Made by a program: the position numbers and the translations under genes. A stretch of DNA of 47,668 nt from NCBI GenBank assembly GCA_013202525.1, contig JABMQS010000036.1, forward strand, positions 1 to 47,668, written 5' to 3'. The notes below the pieces were generated by a model. That model saw only the letters and a program-made list of their open reading frames with translations. It was not told where the DNA came from and did no database searches. Below, piece by piece: positions 14,651 to 23,673 of the stretch (its first letter is position 1; the number at the start of each line of letters is the position of its first letter). Source of the DNA: Candidatus Omnitrophota bacterium. Its GTDB lineage: Bacteria > Omnitrophota > Gorgyraeia > JABMRG01.

Positions 14651-15073
14651 TCAATACATCTTCCTCTGCCCCTGGATAGTATCCAGCGCCAGATTCATCT
14701 TATCGGCAAATGACTTCAGCTCATCGCCTGAACGTAATTTGACTCTTTGATCCAGATTCCCCTTTGCTATCTCATCCAAAGTCTTTTCTACATTATATAG
14801 CGGGCCTGCTATCTTGTTGGTGTAGACAAGAAAAGGCCTTAAGATCATAAAAAGCGCTACCGGTGTCAAGACAAGCAAGACGGCGTTTACCTTTCTTAAG
14901 GCTGGAAATAATATCTGGATGATGGCCTCGGGAACGAGCATCTCATTTAAAACATTGTAGTATACGATATAATATAATACGGCAGGGCATAGGATTATCA
15001 GAAGCCCTGCAAAGGCCAGCAGTTTAAGCTGGATGCTCTTATTGACCAGAAATTTCCGTCTTCTATTTTTCAT
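14651..15073 (-). CDS. 2TM membrane protein with a single HAMP-like domain and no output domain (paralog of 16774-17196)
   Basis: ATG at 15073 lies 9 nt after GGAGG. The protein has a basic N-terminus, two TM helices about 20 aa apart, then IAGPLYNVEKTLDEIAKGNLDQRVKLRSGDELKSFADKMN and a stop. It overlaps the upstream gene by 11 nt. Confidence 0.65.
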   Translation of the reverse strand: MKNRRRKFLVNKSIQLKLLAFAGLLIILCPAVLYYIVYYNVLNEMLVPEAIIQILFPALRKVNAVLLVLTPVALFMILRPFLVYTNKIAGPLYNVEKTLDEIAKGNLDQRVKLRSGDELKSFADKMNLALDTIQGQRKMY

Positions 15074-15761
15074 CTTTAGCAACCTCCAGTTGTACCCCGG
15101 ACTCTTTACCTATTGTTATATTATCGACCAGCGCCTCTGCCTCACTGCCGGTCAGGTTAGAATTACACATTATCGCGACGGCCCCGGCAGACCTTGAGGT
15201 CTTTTCGCCAAAGGCCTTCTCAAAATCCTCATATATGTTGCGTTCCTCCTGGACCCACTTGCCAGCCTCATCTCTGCCGCTTCTTACGACTATCTGCATT
15301 ATATTCTTGGCAGAGGGGCTCTGCTGCATATGCCCCTCCGGGAGATGCTCTGACCATATATATTCAATAAATCTAAAAGACGGAAAAGTAAACCCAGGGT
15401 AGATAATATATACGCGGGCCGCGTAATCATCCACGGTCTCGCCGCCCTTAAAGTAGGCTTTTTTGGGAAACTTTAATATGCACCATCTCCATCTCAGTAT
15501 CGGATATTGCTTTGGTTTGAAACCTATCTTATAGAATATGACAGAACAGGCCTTTTTGCTGTCGGCGTGGACAAACCCATTATCACCTTTCAGATCGATA
15601 AAATAGTCTACCTTGCCGTCCAGCACCATCTCGCTCCACTTCCCGAGATCGTCCCTGCTGTTAAAGGAAAAATGCTTCAGATACAGGGCATCGCCGAAAG
15701 AGACGGTGCATGCTATAAGTGCGATAGATACCAATAATGTATAAATTATTAATCTGGACAT
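15063..15761 (-). CDS. DUF3047-like exported/anchored protein (paralog of 17186-17845)
   Basis: 232 aa with an N-terminal hydrophobic segment. The blocks IFYKIGFKPKQYPILRWRWCILKFP, DDYAARVYIIYP, GKWVQEERNIYEDFEKAFG and AGAVAIM match my recollection of DUF3047 (PF11249). Confidence 0.65.
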   Translation of the reverse strand: MSRLIIYTLLVSIALIACTVSFGDALYLKHFSFNSRDDLGKWSEMVLDGKVDYFIDLKGDNGFVHADSKKACSVIFYKIGFKPKQYPILRWRWCILKFPKKAYFKGGETVDDYAARVYIIYPGFTFPSFRFIEYIWSEHLPEGHMQQSPSAKNIMQIVVRSGRDEAGKWVQEERNIYEDFEKAFGEKTSRSAGAVAIMCNSNLTGSEAEALVDNITIGKESGVQLEVAKDEK

Positions 15762-15792
15762 AATAAAGACCGTGTTTGCTCTTGGCGTTTTG

Positions 15793-15829
15793 AAAAAAAG
15801 GCGACCTCAGGATTCAACAAGAGATCGCC
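15793..15829 (-). terminator. Rho-independent terminator after the OMP gene
   Basis: Minus strand forms GGCGATCTC-N12-GAGGTCGCC followed by TTTTTTT. It is flanked by an A-run, so it could act in both directions. Confidence 0.75.
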
Positions 15830-15852
15830 TTTTTTCAATTAATACAGATCAA

Positions 15853-16611
15853 TTAGAACCTTACTGTGAGACCTGCTGTCAATGCGGTTTCATCGATAAA
15901 CCTGCCTTCTAAGTTTATCGACGCAACATCCTGAAATACGTAATCACCGCCTACGAAGATACCTATCTTATCATTATTCTCAAAGTCGATCTTGTAGCTG
16001 TTGCCGTTTACCGTAGCCGTTGCATCGCCTGTTGCATCCGAGTACTTCACGCCTACATACGGTATGAAATTATCTATCTCATAGGTGACTTCAAATGCAA
16101 CCTGCCACTCGTCAAATTCATACTTGGGCGCCTGGTTCGGATCGTCGACATCGAGATGGGCCTGCCTGTAGCGTCCGTCAAAACCCAACCTCATGATACC
16201 GTTCCATAGCTCCTTAAACTGCTTCTCGTATACCATAGCTGTACCGCCTACGGCCCATACGATATCATAATCCGAGGACCACTTTATATTGAGGTCCCCA
16301 AATTGAAACGTCTGTTGAGCCTGGCCTCCTCCCAGCACGCCATAGGCAATAAACCTGTCCAAAAAGAGCACGCCTAATTTGCCGCCGAAAAACATAAACT
16401 GAGTATCACTGGCCTGGTCCTTAAGATTGCGGTCAAAGGTGATGTCATTCTCTGACTCCGCAATAATACCATACTGACCCTGCTCATCCTTGATAATTAA
16501 ACCCTTCTTTAACACTGCCGGTGTGGCAATATTGCCTACCGGAGCCGCATACGCCCAAGCTGTGCTTAGCACAAGCGCAAGGCATATAAGCAGGCTGATC
16601 GATCTTCTCAT
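15853..16611 (-). CDS. outer-membrane beta-barrel protein
   Basis: 252 aa with signal peptide ...STAWAYA. It shows an alternating beta-strand pattern and a C-terminal aromatic residue (LTAGLTVRF). GGAGG lies upstream of the ATG. Confidence 0.7.
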   Translation of the reverse strand: MRRSISLLICLALVLSTAWAYAAPVGNIATPAVLKKGLIIKDEQGQYGIIAESENDITFDRNLKDQASDTQFMFFGGKLGVLFLDRFIAYGVLGGGQAQQTFQFGDLNIKWSSDYDIVWAVGGTAMVYEKQFKELWNGIMRLGFDGRYRQAHLDVDDPNQAPKYEFDEWQVAFEVTYEIDNFIPYVGVKYSDATGDATATVNGNSYKIDFENNDKIGIFVGGDYVFQDVASINLEGRFIDETALTAGLTVRF

Positions 16612-16696
16612 CTTTTCCTCCTTTTTTTTATTAGATATATATAAAACTCAGTATGGATAGAAAAACCTGAGCATGGAATGAGTATTAAGTGTTACT

Positions 16697-16725
16697 ATTG
16701 TAGTATCATAACAGAAAAAAGTCAA
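16697..16725 (-). promoter_or_regulatory. sigma70-like promoter (TTGACT-N17-TACAAT) for the OMP gene
   Basis: Lies in the 162-nt AT-rich gap between 16774 and 16611. Confidence 0.4.
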
Positions 16726-16773
16726 TAGAAAATCTAAAAGAAAAAACAGCGGAGAAATAACTGCCCCGGCCTG

Positions 16774-17196
16774 CTACGGCCCGGCCTTGTACAGAAGTTG
16801 ATTTATCTTATCTACTATTGGCCTGAGTACATCCTTTTCGCGCAATTTGATCGGCCCGCTCTTTTTGCTGGAGATCCTCTCATCCAGATCCTTCTCCAGC
16901 CTCACGATAGGCCCCAGCAGCTTATGCGATAGCTCCAGTGCGAGCAACCATATGATAACCAGGGATATGGGCAGGGCCACTGCAATTATCAGGTTTACTT
17001 TTCGCGCAACGGGAATCAGATTATAAGCTACGGCCTCGGGGATCCCTATCTGCCAGGCCATCATGTTGAATATAAGGTAGTAAAGGCATAGCGTCACTAT
17101 GCCGGCAGGCACCACGGCCGCAAAGAATATCAGGACCAGCAGTCTTGTCTGAGCAGGAGAACCTATCATCTTCCTGCTTCTCTTATTATTCTCCAT
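16774..17196 (-). CDS. 2TM membrane protein with a single HAMP-like domain and no output domain
   Basis: 140 aa with the same layout as 14651-15073 (LLGPIVRLEKDLDERISSKKSGPIKLREKDVLRPIVDKIN). It overlaps the upstream gene by 11 nt. Confidence 0.65.
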   Translation of the reverse strand: MENNKRSRKMIGSPAQTRLLVLIFFAAVVPAGIVTLCLYYLIFNMMAWQIGIPEAVAYNLIPVARKVNLIIAVALPISLVIIWLLALELSHKLLGPIVRLEKDLDERISSKKSGPIKLREKDVLRPIVDKINQLLYKAGP

Positions 17197-17845
17197 CCTT
17201 ATACCCCACTTTCACTTCATCGTAGTGCGCCTCTGCGGTACTCAGGCTGTTATCGGTATCTGTCATAATCGCAATCGCCCCGGCCTCGCCGGGATTTCTC
17301 CCGAAAGCCAGCTTGTAGTCCTCATACACGTTTCTCTCTTCAGAAACCCATTTCCCCAGGTTCTTCTTTCCTGATTCAATGACTATGATCTTTATGTTCT
17401 TAAAATACGGGCTTGTCATTACGGTGCCTTCCGGAATATCTTCATCCCAGACATATTCCAGGCTCTTCGTCAGGTTGAAGGCGAGCCGCGGGAAGATAAC
17501 ATAGAACCTGGCGGCATAATCATCCTTCTCAATCCAGTCGCTCTCAGACCTCATGCTCTTCTTCTCCGGGAACTTCACGACCTTCCACTTCCAGCTGACC
17601 ATGGGTTCTTTCTTGGGGTCAAACTTGATCTTGTAAAAAATGCCCGAAGCCGACTCCTTGCTGTAGGCGCTCAGGTATCTGCCCAGCTTTCCGTCTTCAA
17701 CCACATACAAAACCCTGCCTTTGAATATCTTCTCCTCCCACTCCGAGAGGGCCTTTTCTTCTTTAAAGGAAAATTGTTTCGGCAGGCGCTTGGCAAAGAC
17801 AAGCGTATAGCTAAAGATGGCGCAAACTGCAACTATTGACAGCAC
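17186..17845 (-). CDS. DUF3047-like exported/anchored protein
   Basis: 219 aa from a GTG start. The blocks IFYKIKFDPKKEPMVSWKWKVVKFP, DDYAARFYVIFP, GKWVSEERNVYEDYKLAFG and AGAIAIM are present. The frame stays open 13 codons further 5' (KINKTRTKL) after GAGGA, so the true start is uncertain. Confidence 0.65.
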   Translation of the reverse strand: MLSIVAVCAIFSYTLVFAKRLPKQFSFKEEKALSEWEEKIFKGRVLYVVEDGKLGRYLSAYSKESASGIFYKIKFDPKKEPMVSWKWKVVKFPEKKSMRSESDWIEKDDYAARFYVIFPRLAFNLTKSLEYVWDEDIPEGTVMTSPYFKNIKIIVIESGKKNLGKWVSEERNVYEDYKLAFGRNPGEAGAIAIMTDTDNSLSTAEAHYDEVKVGYKDGE

Positions 17846-17906
17846 TAATTTAGTACGCGTCTTGTTTATTTTATTCCTCGTTCAATCTTTTAGGATAAGG
17901 CCGTCT

Positions 17907-18380
17907 TCACTTCTTGGGCGGGGTGGCCTTTTTGGGGCCCGTCTTGGTTGAACGTTCTTTTACAATGTTCTTTTTGACAAAACTATCTATTGCGCGGGTC
18001 TCTTCTTCGCTGGTAGCTATAAACCGTATTGCTATAAAATAGACCGGCAGTACCGATGTATCTCCGCTGGATGAGGGCGACTCGACGCGGACTATCTCGC
18101 CGGTGCACCTGATAGGTTCTTTAAGCATGGGGAATTGCATACCCATGGTAATGGTCTCACCCAGCCTTATCTTTCTGTCATAGTTGAAGAGTGCGCCGCC
18201 GGCACTTATATTTCTGACAGAGACCATATCGTATTCGCCAAATATGGCTATCCTGGACTTTGAATGGAAACGAAGCCTCACCACAAACTGTTTCTTCAGG
18301 CGCCTATATTTGCGTTTTTCGGCCCCTTGGGAACGCTTGAACTTACGCCTTTCAGCTCCTTTATAAGGCTCCTTAGCCAT
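17907..18380 (-). CDS. PilZ domain protein (c-di-GMP receptor candidate)
   Basis: 157 aa. KRKYRRLKK is RxxxR-like and VRNISAGGALF fits D/NxSxxG. GGAGG lies 7 nt upstream of the ATG. Confidence 0.7.
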   Translation of the reverse strand: MAKEPYKGAERRKFKRSQGAEKRKYRRLKKQFVVRLRFHSKSRIAIFGEYDMVSVRNISAGGALFNYDRKIRLGETITMGMQFPMLKEPIRCTGEIVRVESPSSSGDTSVLPVYFIAIRFIATSEEETRAIDSFVKKNIVKERSTKTGPKKATPPKK

Positions 18381-18420
18381 GCCTATGCCTCCTTAATCGG
18401 TTTATCTGTACCATATCTCA

Positions 18421-18448
18421 ATTTTAACTGTTTTTGATGAAATGTCAA
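18421..18448 (-). promoter_or_regulatory. sigma70-like promoter (TTGACA-N16-TAAAAT) upstream of the PilZ gene
   Basis: The -35 is at 18443-18448 and the -10 at 18421-18426. Confidence 0.5.
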
Positions 18449-18485
18449 TACTATTTTCCGTAAGCTACTGATCTTCCTCATCATA

Positions 18486-18806
18486 TCAAACCCCTCTGAC
18501 CACACTGGAGATCCAATCCAGGTACTGTTTATCCCCCTGGCTTATGTCAATGCCTATTATCTCCGGCGTGGTATAACTGTGAAGCTTCCTTACCAGGGCC
18601 TTGAGCCTTTTAAAACCCGCCTGTGTGGTCTTTATGATCAGCAGGCTCTCCTGGGCCTTATCCTTTTTACCCTCCCAGATGAATATAGACTTTACCTTAG
18701 GGATTATATTGACGCATGCACAGGCCTTGGCATCTATGAGCCCGTCGGCTATCTTCTCAGCCTCCTTCTCCGATGAGGCTGTAACAAAGGCTATGATATA
18801 CTTCAT
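18486..18806 (-). CDS. cutA: divalent-cation tolerance protein CutA
   Basis: 106 aa. The sequence AEKIADGLIDAKACACVNIIPKVKSIFIWEGK...SYTTPEII fits the CutA1 family pattern. Confidence 0.8.
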   Translation of the reverse strand: MKYIIAFVTASSEKEAEKIADGLIDAKACACVNIIPKVKSIFIWEGKKDKAQESLLIIKTTQAGFKRLKALVRKLHSYTTPEIIGIDISQGDKQYLDWISSVVRGV

Positions 18807-18939
18807 CTATATGACTCCTGTTAAAGACATTTATATAAGAGCGGGCACTTCTCGGTAGGAAAACACGGTCTCCGATAATGACGTGGTATTTGGGTGAGTA
18901 TATGAATTTAAACGACTAGAGCGCATTGCGAAGCCTTAT

Positions 18940-19161
18940 TTATCCTTGCTTGTCGGCCTTCTTATTATCTCTTAAAGAGATCTCGAAATCCCCCTTGCCT
19001 TCGACCAGGACATGGCCCTCTCTTGCAAGCCATCCCAGGCTCATAAGAACGATGTCCTGCTGCTTGCCGAGCCCCATAACAAGATCAGAGAGCTTGGCCT
19101 TGCCGTGATCATCCAGGTAATGCCAGATCTCCCCTGCAACGATGCCGATATTTATGATCAT
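18940..19161 (-). CDS. small winged-helix protein (DUF2582-like)
   Basis: 73 aa. IVAGEIWHYLDDHGKAKLSDL...LSLGWLAREGHV resembles the DUF2582 wHTH family as I recall it. It overlaps the upstream gene by 4 nt. Confidence 0.5.
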   Translation of the reverse strand: MIINIGIVAGEIWHYLDDHGKAKLSDLVMGLGKQQDIVLMSLGWLAREGHVLVEGKGDFEISLRDNKKADKQG

Positions 19162-19397
19162 GGAGTTGCCTCCTTTCGCTTATTATAACTACTGCACTGC
19201 GGACACTTGGATATAACATCGTGCTGGCTGTCGACATAGGTATGGGTGCATATCTCGCATTGCCAGATCGACTTTTTTTCTGAAGTATAAAGCTTGGGCT
19301 TTGTATCCCTATCAAAGATAAGCCATAGGATTAGAAGACCTATTACCGTCAAAAACAAATATAACGCAACAGCGGTAGATATGTCAAGTTCAATCAT
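19158..19397 (-). CDS. single-pass membrane protein with C-terminal zinc ribbon
   Basis: 79 aa with an N-terminal TM helix (AVALYLFLTVIGLLILWLIF), then CEIC...N15...CPQC. Confidence 0.5.
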   Translation of the reverse strand: MIELDISTAVALYLFLTVIGLLILWLIFDRDTKPKLYTSEKKSIWQCEICTHTYVDSQHDVISKCPQCSSYNKRKEATP

Positions 19398-19414
19398 CGT
19401 TTTGGGCCATTTTT

Positions 19415-20119
19415 TTATTTCGACTCGAATTTGAGAAGGAGTATGCCTTCCTGGTCATCCTGCGGCAGGTCGGGGTTGAGCTGCGAAAAATTCCATTTCT
19501 TGGCATACCTTATAGCGAAAAGATCTATATCCGGGTGGCCGCATGACTCTATCTTTTCTACAGCCTTTACCCTGCCGTCCGGGGCAATGGTAACCTTTAC
19601 CTTTACATTAAAATGGTCCCCTGCGATGTCCTTATCCGCATTGGAGATCAGGTCCCTGAGATCCGGAAGGGCGGGCTTTAGAAGAACTGCCCTTTCCCGA
19701 GCCTCGCCTTCTATTTCAAAATGTCTGTCTTTCGGCTGTGAGAATGGCTCTTTCTCCTCTACGGAAGGCAACCTCCTATGTGTCTCTAATACCTCATCTA
19801 TAGAGACTCTGTAGGGCTTTGCCTTCATCAGGTAGTCACTTTCTCCTCCGGCGCTTAAACGTTTTACAACGAGTTTTCCCCTGGCCGGCAGAAACAACCT
19901 TTTGCGCCTGGGCTGTATGCCCTCTATATCCGAATTCCGGCCCTTGAACTCACGGTGAAAGGAGTCTTCGCTGAGGATAGAACCTATAAAGTACACAGCA
20001 GAAAGCCTCTGCGGCAAGGCACCCACCGGCAGCACAACAATGGTAACTGCCAAAAAGCAGAACAGATGCCACAAAAAAGATATAATAAGCGCGCGGTTAA
20101 AGGTTATCTTGAATAACAT
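19415..20119 (-). CDS. TonB-like energy transducer
   Basis: 234 aa with an N-terminal TM anchor. The C-terminal VKVKVTIAPDGRVKAVEKIESCGHPDIDLFAIRYAKKWNF resembles a TonB C-terminal domain. It follows exbB-exbD. Confidence 0.6.
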   Translation of the reverse strand: MLFKITFNRALIISFLWHLFCFLAVTIVVLPVGALPQRLSAVYFIGSILSEDSFHREFKGRNSDIEGIQPRRKRLFLPARGKLVVKRLSAGGESDYLMKAKPYRVSIDEVLETHRRLPSVEEKEPFSQPKDRHFEIEGEARERAVLLKPALPDLRDLISNADKDIAGDHFNVKVKVTIAPDGRVKAVEKIESCGHPDIDLFAIRYAKKWNFSQLNPDLPQDDQEGILLLKFESK

Positions 20120-20125
20120 GGGGCT

Positions 20126-20533
20126 TTAATCGGTCGTCTGGTTGGTGGCTATATTTACGCGGGAGATGCCTTCCTGCCGGCATATATCCCAGGCCTCGAC
20201 TATGCGCCCCAGGGAAGCCTTCTTATCAGCCTTGATCAAAACAGGGCGGTGCGCGGAGGCTGCCTTCTTCAGCGCCAATGAAAGCTCCTTGGCAGTAACC
20301 AGCCTTCCGTTGTGATAGATAAGGTTTTCCGCTGTTACAGTTATAACGGTGTTCTCCTCACTCAGTATCTCTGAAGTCACAGCACGGGGGAGATTGACCC
20401 TGATGCCGGGCTGAAATATAAAATTAGAGGTCAGCATGAAAAAGATAAGAAGCAGGAAAACAACATCTATCAAAGGCGCTATATCTATGGTACGCAGAGT
20501 CCTTTCTAATTTTAGATGTCTTTTAAGCTGCAT
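20126..20533 (-). CDS. exbD: biopolymer transport protein ExbD/TolR
   Basis: 135 aa with IDIAPLIDVVFLLLIFFMLTS, typical of ExbD/TolR. Confidence 0.8.
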   Translation of the reverse strand: MQLKRHLKLERTLRTIDIAPLIDVVFLLLIFFMLTSNFIFQPGIRVNLPRAVTSEILSEENTVITVTAENLIYHNGRLVTAKELSLALKKAASAHRPVLIKADKKASLGRIVEAWDICRQEGISRVNIATNQTTD

Positions 20534-21155
20534 AATCTTTACCCCTCTGTGTAAGTATGTTTATAAGATCTGTTGCGCTCCTCTCCATATCGAGCACAAG
20601 ATTATTTACCCTGCTCACCAAATAGTTATAAGCCACATAGACCGGGATCGCGACCGCAAGCCCCGCAACCGTGGTAACGAGAGCCTGCGATATACCTCCT
20701 GCCAGGTCTCCGGGTGAGACGGGATTGAAAGAAGTCGATTTCGCCTGTATGACCTGGAAACATCCCACCATGCCAACTACAGTGCCAAGAAGCCCGAGCA
20801 GCGGTGCGATATGAGCTATGGTGGCCAATGCCGTCAGGTTCTTCTCCATCCTCGGCACCTCGTAGAGCCCTGCCTCTTCTATAGACTCCTTTATCTCCTG
20901 CCTTGGCCGGTCATGTTTGAGAATGCCCGCCTTCAAAATATGGGCTATCGGGCCCGGCGTATTATCGCACATCTCTATGGCCTCGACGATCTTATTGCGC
21001 CGCAGGACATTGGCAATATCATCCATGAATTTACGTGTATCGATCCTTGCCCTGTAGAGGTGGTATACCCTCTCTATAACAATGGCCATTGCTATTATCG
21101 AGCACAGGAGTATCGGATACATTATCGGCCCGCCCTTAACAACCATTTCGAACAT
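20523..21155 (-). CDS. exbB: MotA/TolQ/ExbB proton channel protein
   Basis: 210 aa with GGPIMYPILLCSIIAMAIVIER...APLLGLLGTVVGM, the family signature. Confidence 0.8.
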   Translation of the reverse strand: MFEMVVKGGPIMYPILLCSIIAMAIVIERVYHLYRARIDTRKFMDDIANVLRRNKIVEAIEMCDNTPGPIAHILKAGILKHDRPRQEIKESIEEAGLYEVPRMEKNLTALATIAHIAPLLGLLGTVVGMVGCFQVIQAKSTSFNPVSPGDLAGGISQALVTTVAGLAVAIPVYVAYNYLVSRVNNLVLDMERSATDLINILTQRGKDYAA

Positions 21156-21186
21156 CGTTACCTCCTTTTTAGTTATAGCTTAAAGC

Positions 21187-23664
21187 TTATTCTAATTCAT
21201 CCCTGTGTCTGTCCATCCAGCGAAGCCTTTCGCGCGCATACTTAGCCTCCTGGATATCCTCTTCTGCTATGTCCTCATATATCTTTCTGGCATCAGACCA
21301 TCGCTCCTGCGCCTCCAGTATCTGCGCTGCCCTTAACCGGGCACGCGTGACCCAGTACCTGTTCTTCGGGTAGAGATATCCAACCTTGAGATAATCCGAA
21401 ATCGCTTCGTCATACCGGGTCTGATCCTCCATGCATTCTGCGATCCTGAATTGTATCTCCGCGTTAAAGTCACTGTCTTCTGGGGTGAGGGCCTTCCCAA
21501 AATAATCTGTGGCCTCCTCGTAAAAACCCTTCTGCTGATATACAAGCGCGATCTTTTTGTTTATCAGTCTCTTAAACTGGCCGTCCTTGTATCTAGGCAA
21601 AAGCTCCTTAAGGATACGGATGGCCTCTTCAAACCTGCCGGACTCGGTCAATGTGTCGCCAAGTGCAATAGCGGCATTATAGGCAGAATCGCTGTTCGGG
21701 TAGTCCTCTATCACTTTCTTAAACTTCTCTACGGCCAAGTCTAATTTTCCTTCGCGATAGTAGATCCAGCCGAGAAGATAATTGGCATCATCAAGAAGCG
21801 CGCTGCTAGGGAAGCCCTCGATAACTCTGCTAAGACAATTTTGGGCCCTGCCAAAAAGGCCGTTGCTGTAATAGTGCTGCGCAAACCAGAATATAACATC
21901 AGCGGCGATATCACTGTCAGGGTAGAGCGTAAGATAATTATCGAATACCTTTATTGCGACCTTCTCCTTGCCCATCTGAAAATAACACCACCCGAGCTCA
22001 TACCTCGCCAGCCTCTGCAGCTCCTCGTCCGGACTCTTTTTAATAAGACCCTTGAAGACCGACATCGCCTCTGCGTACTTTCCGGAATTATAAAGGCAGC
22101 TTCCTATCTGATATAAGGCCCTGTCCTTGAAGGGGCTGCTATAGAAACTCTCGACGATCCTCTGGTATTGCTCCTGGGCAAGGTCGTAATTGCCCTGTTT
22201 ATAATAGATGCTACCCAGCTGAAACAGGACCTTGGCCCTGAGCCTGGACTCCGGGAAATTTCTGAGGAAGGTCTTGAAGGTTATCTCCGCGCTGTCAAAC
22301 TCCTTCAATCTTATAAAGGTCTCCCCGAGTTGATACTGGGCATAGTCTGCATAATGGCTCTCCGGATAATCCTTGAGCACCATATCATAGTACTCCTGCG
22401 CCTTATTGTACTCGCCTATATCTGAATAGGCATCCGCGATCCTGCACATAGAACTTATCTTGAGATTATCATCGTCTGTAACTTCAGCAGCCTTCTTGAA
22501 CTCCGCTATGGCCTCCTTTCGACTCTCAAGGCGTATAAGCGACCATGCCAGATTGTAACGGGCATCACCCGCGAGTTTAGTATCGGGCGCAGCCTTCAGC
22601 AGCTTCCTGTATGTGGACACAGCCTCTTTATACCTGCCGAGGGAATAGAGCGACTCTGCCTTCCAGAAATAGGCATCATCCAGGTATCCGCTCTTTGGAA
22701 ACTTGTTTATCAGGCGGGCGTAGACCTCTATGGACTTGTCATATTCGCCTTCTATAGCATTGGAGCGGCCCAGGCCGAATAAGAGGCTGTCTTCGTACTC
22801 ATTCTGGGACGGGTCTTCCATGATAGCTTCAAACTCGGCTATAGCCTCATCATATCTACCCAGTTTAAAATATAGCCATCCTATACTCAAGCGGGCGTAA
22901 GGGATCCATTTTCTCTCGCCGGAGAGCGCGAGGGAATCCTTGTAAGCAGTCAGGGCCTCCTGGTACTCTTTAAGCCGATAGAGTATCTCTCCTTTCAGAA
23001 AAAGTATATCCTTGGTCTCGTTGCCAAGGGGAAATTTCACAAGGTAAGATTCGACCCTCTCCCTGGCGTCACCGAGCCTGCCAAGGTCATAAAGGCACTC
23101 TGCTGATTTATATATAGCCGACGGCACGATCCTTGAACCGGGATACTCTTCTGTTATCTTCTCAAAATCTGCCAGGCCCACTTCCATATTATTTACATCG
23201 TTCTTCTTATAATAGGCCCATCCGTGGGAATAGTATGCGTAGGGGACATAGATAGACAGGGGATGCTCGTTTATGAGTTTATTGTAAAATACGATGGCGC
23301 GGTCATAATCGCCTGCCTTAAAATTGACTTCGCCGGCCCAGTATAGTGCCTCGTCTGTCAGTTTCGATTCCGGGGAGGACTTAAGCACTATCTCAAACTG
23401 GTTCAATGCCTGTGGATACTTGTCGCTGTAGAAGTATGATTTTCCAAGCAGAATATGTGCCTCTTCCAGGCGGGCACTTTCAGGATAGGCATCAATAAAT
23501 TCATCTGCCTGCTGTATGGCGATATCATAGAAGGTGTCGTTTACAGCCTTCTTTATGACCAAAAGCTGCTGGGATTCTGCCTCAGTCTCAGCGTAAGAAG
23601 GCAGAATATGGCCTGCAAACAAAAGCAAACTAATAATGATAATGGGCTTGAATAGGGATCTCAT
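21187..23664 (-). CDS. secreted multi-TPR repeat protein
   Basis: 825 aa with a signal peptide. The mature protein consists of recurring TPR/YbgF-like repeats throughout (A..Y..G..YY..G.Y..A...F). Confidence 0.75.
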   Translation of the reverse strand: MRSLFKPIIIISLLLFAGHILPSYAETEAESQQLLVIKKAVNDTFYDIAIQQADEFIDAYPESARLEEAHILLGKSYFYSDKYPQALNQFEIVLKSSPESKLTDEALYWAGEVNFKAGDYDRAIVFYNKLINEHPLSIYVPYAYYSHGWAYYKKNDVNNMEVGLADFEKITEEYPGSRIVPSAIYKSAECLYDLGRLGDARERVESYLVKFPLGNETKDILFLKGEILYRLKEYQEALTAYKDSLALSGERKWIPYARLSIGWLYFKLGRYDEAIAEFEAIMEDPSQNEYEDSLLFGLGRSNAIEGEYDKSIEVYARLINKFPKSGYLDDAYFWKAESLYSLGRYKEAVSTYRKLLKAAPDTKLAGDARYNLAWSLIRLESRKEAIAEFKKAAEVTDDDNLKISSMCRIADAYSDIGEYNKAQEYYDMVLKDYPESHYADYAQYQLGETFIRLKEFDSAEITFKTFLRNFPESRLRAKVLFQLGSIYYKQGNYDLAQEQYQRIVESFYSSPFKDRALYQIGSCLYNSGKYAEAMSVFKGLIKKSPDEELQRLARYELGWCYFQMGKEKVAIKVFDNYLTLYPDSDIAADVIFWFAQHYYSNGLFGRAQNCLSRVIEGFPSSALLDDANYLLGWIYYREGKLDLAVEKFKKVIEDYPNSDSAYNAAIALGDTLTESGRFEEAIRILKELLPRYKDGQFKRLINKKIALVYQQKGFYEEATDYFGKALTPEDSDFNAEIQFRIAECMEDQTRYDEAISDYLKVGYLYPKNRYWVTRARLRAAQILEAQERWSDARKIYEDIAEEDIQEAKYARERLRWMDRHRDELE

Positions 23665-23673
23665 GTTAGGATA

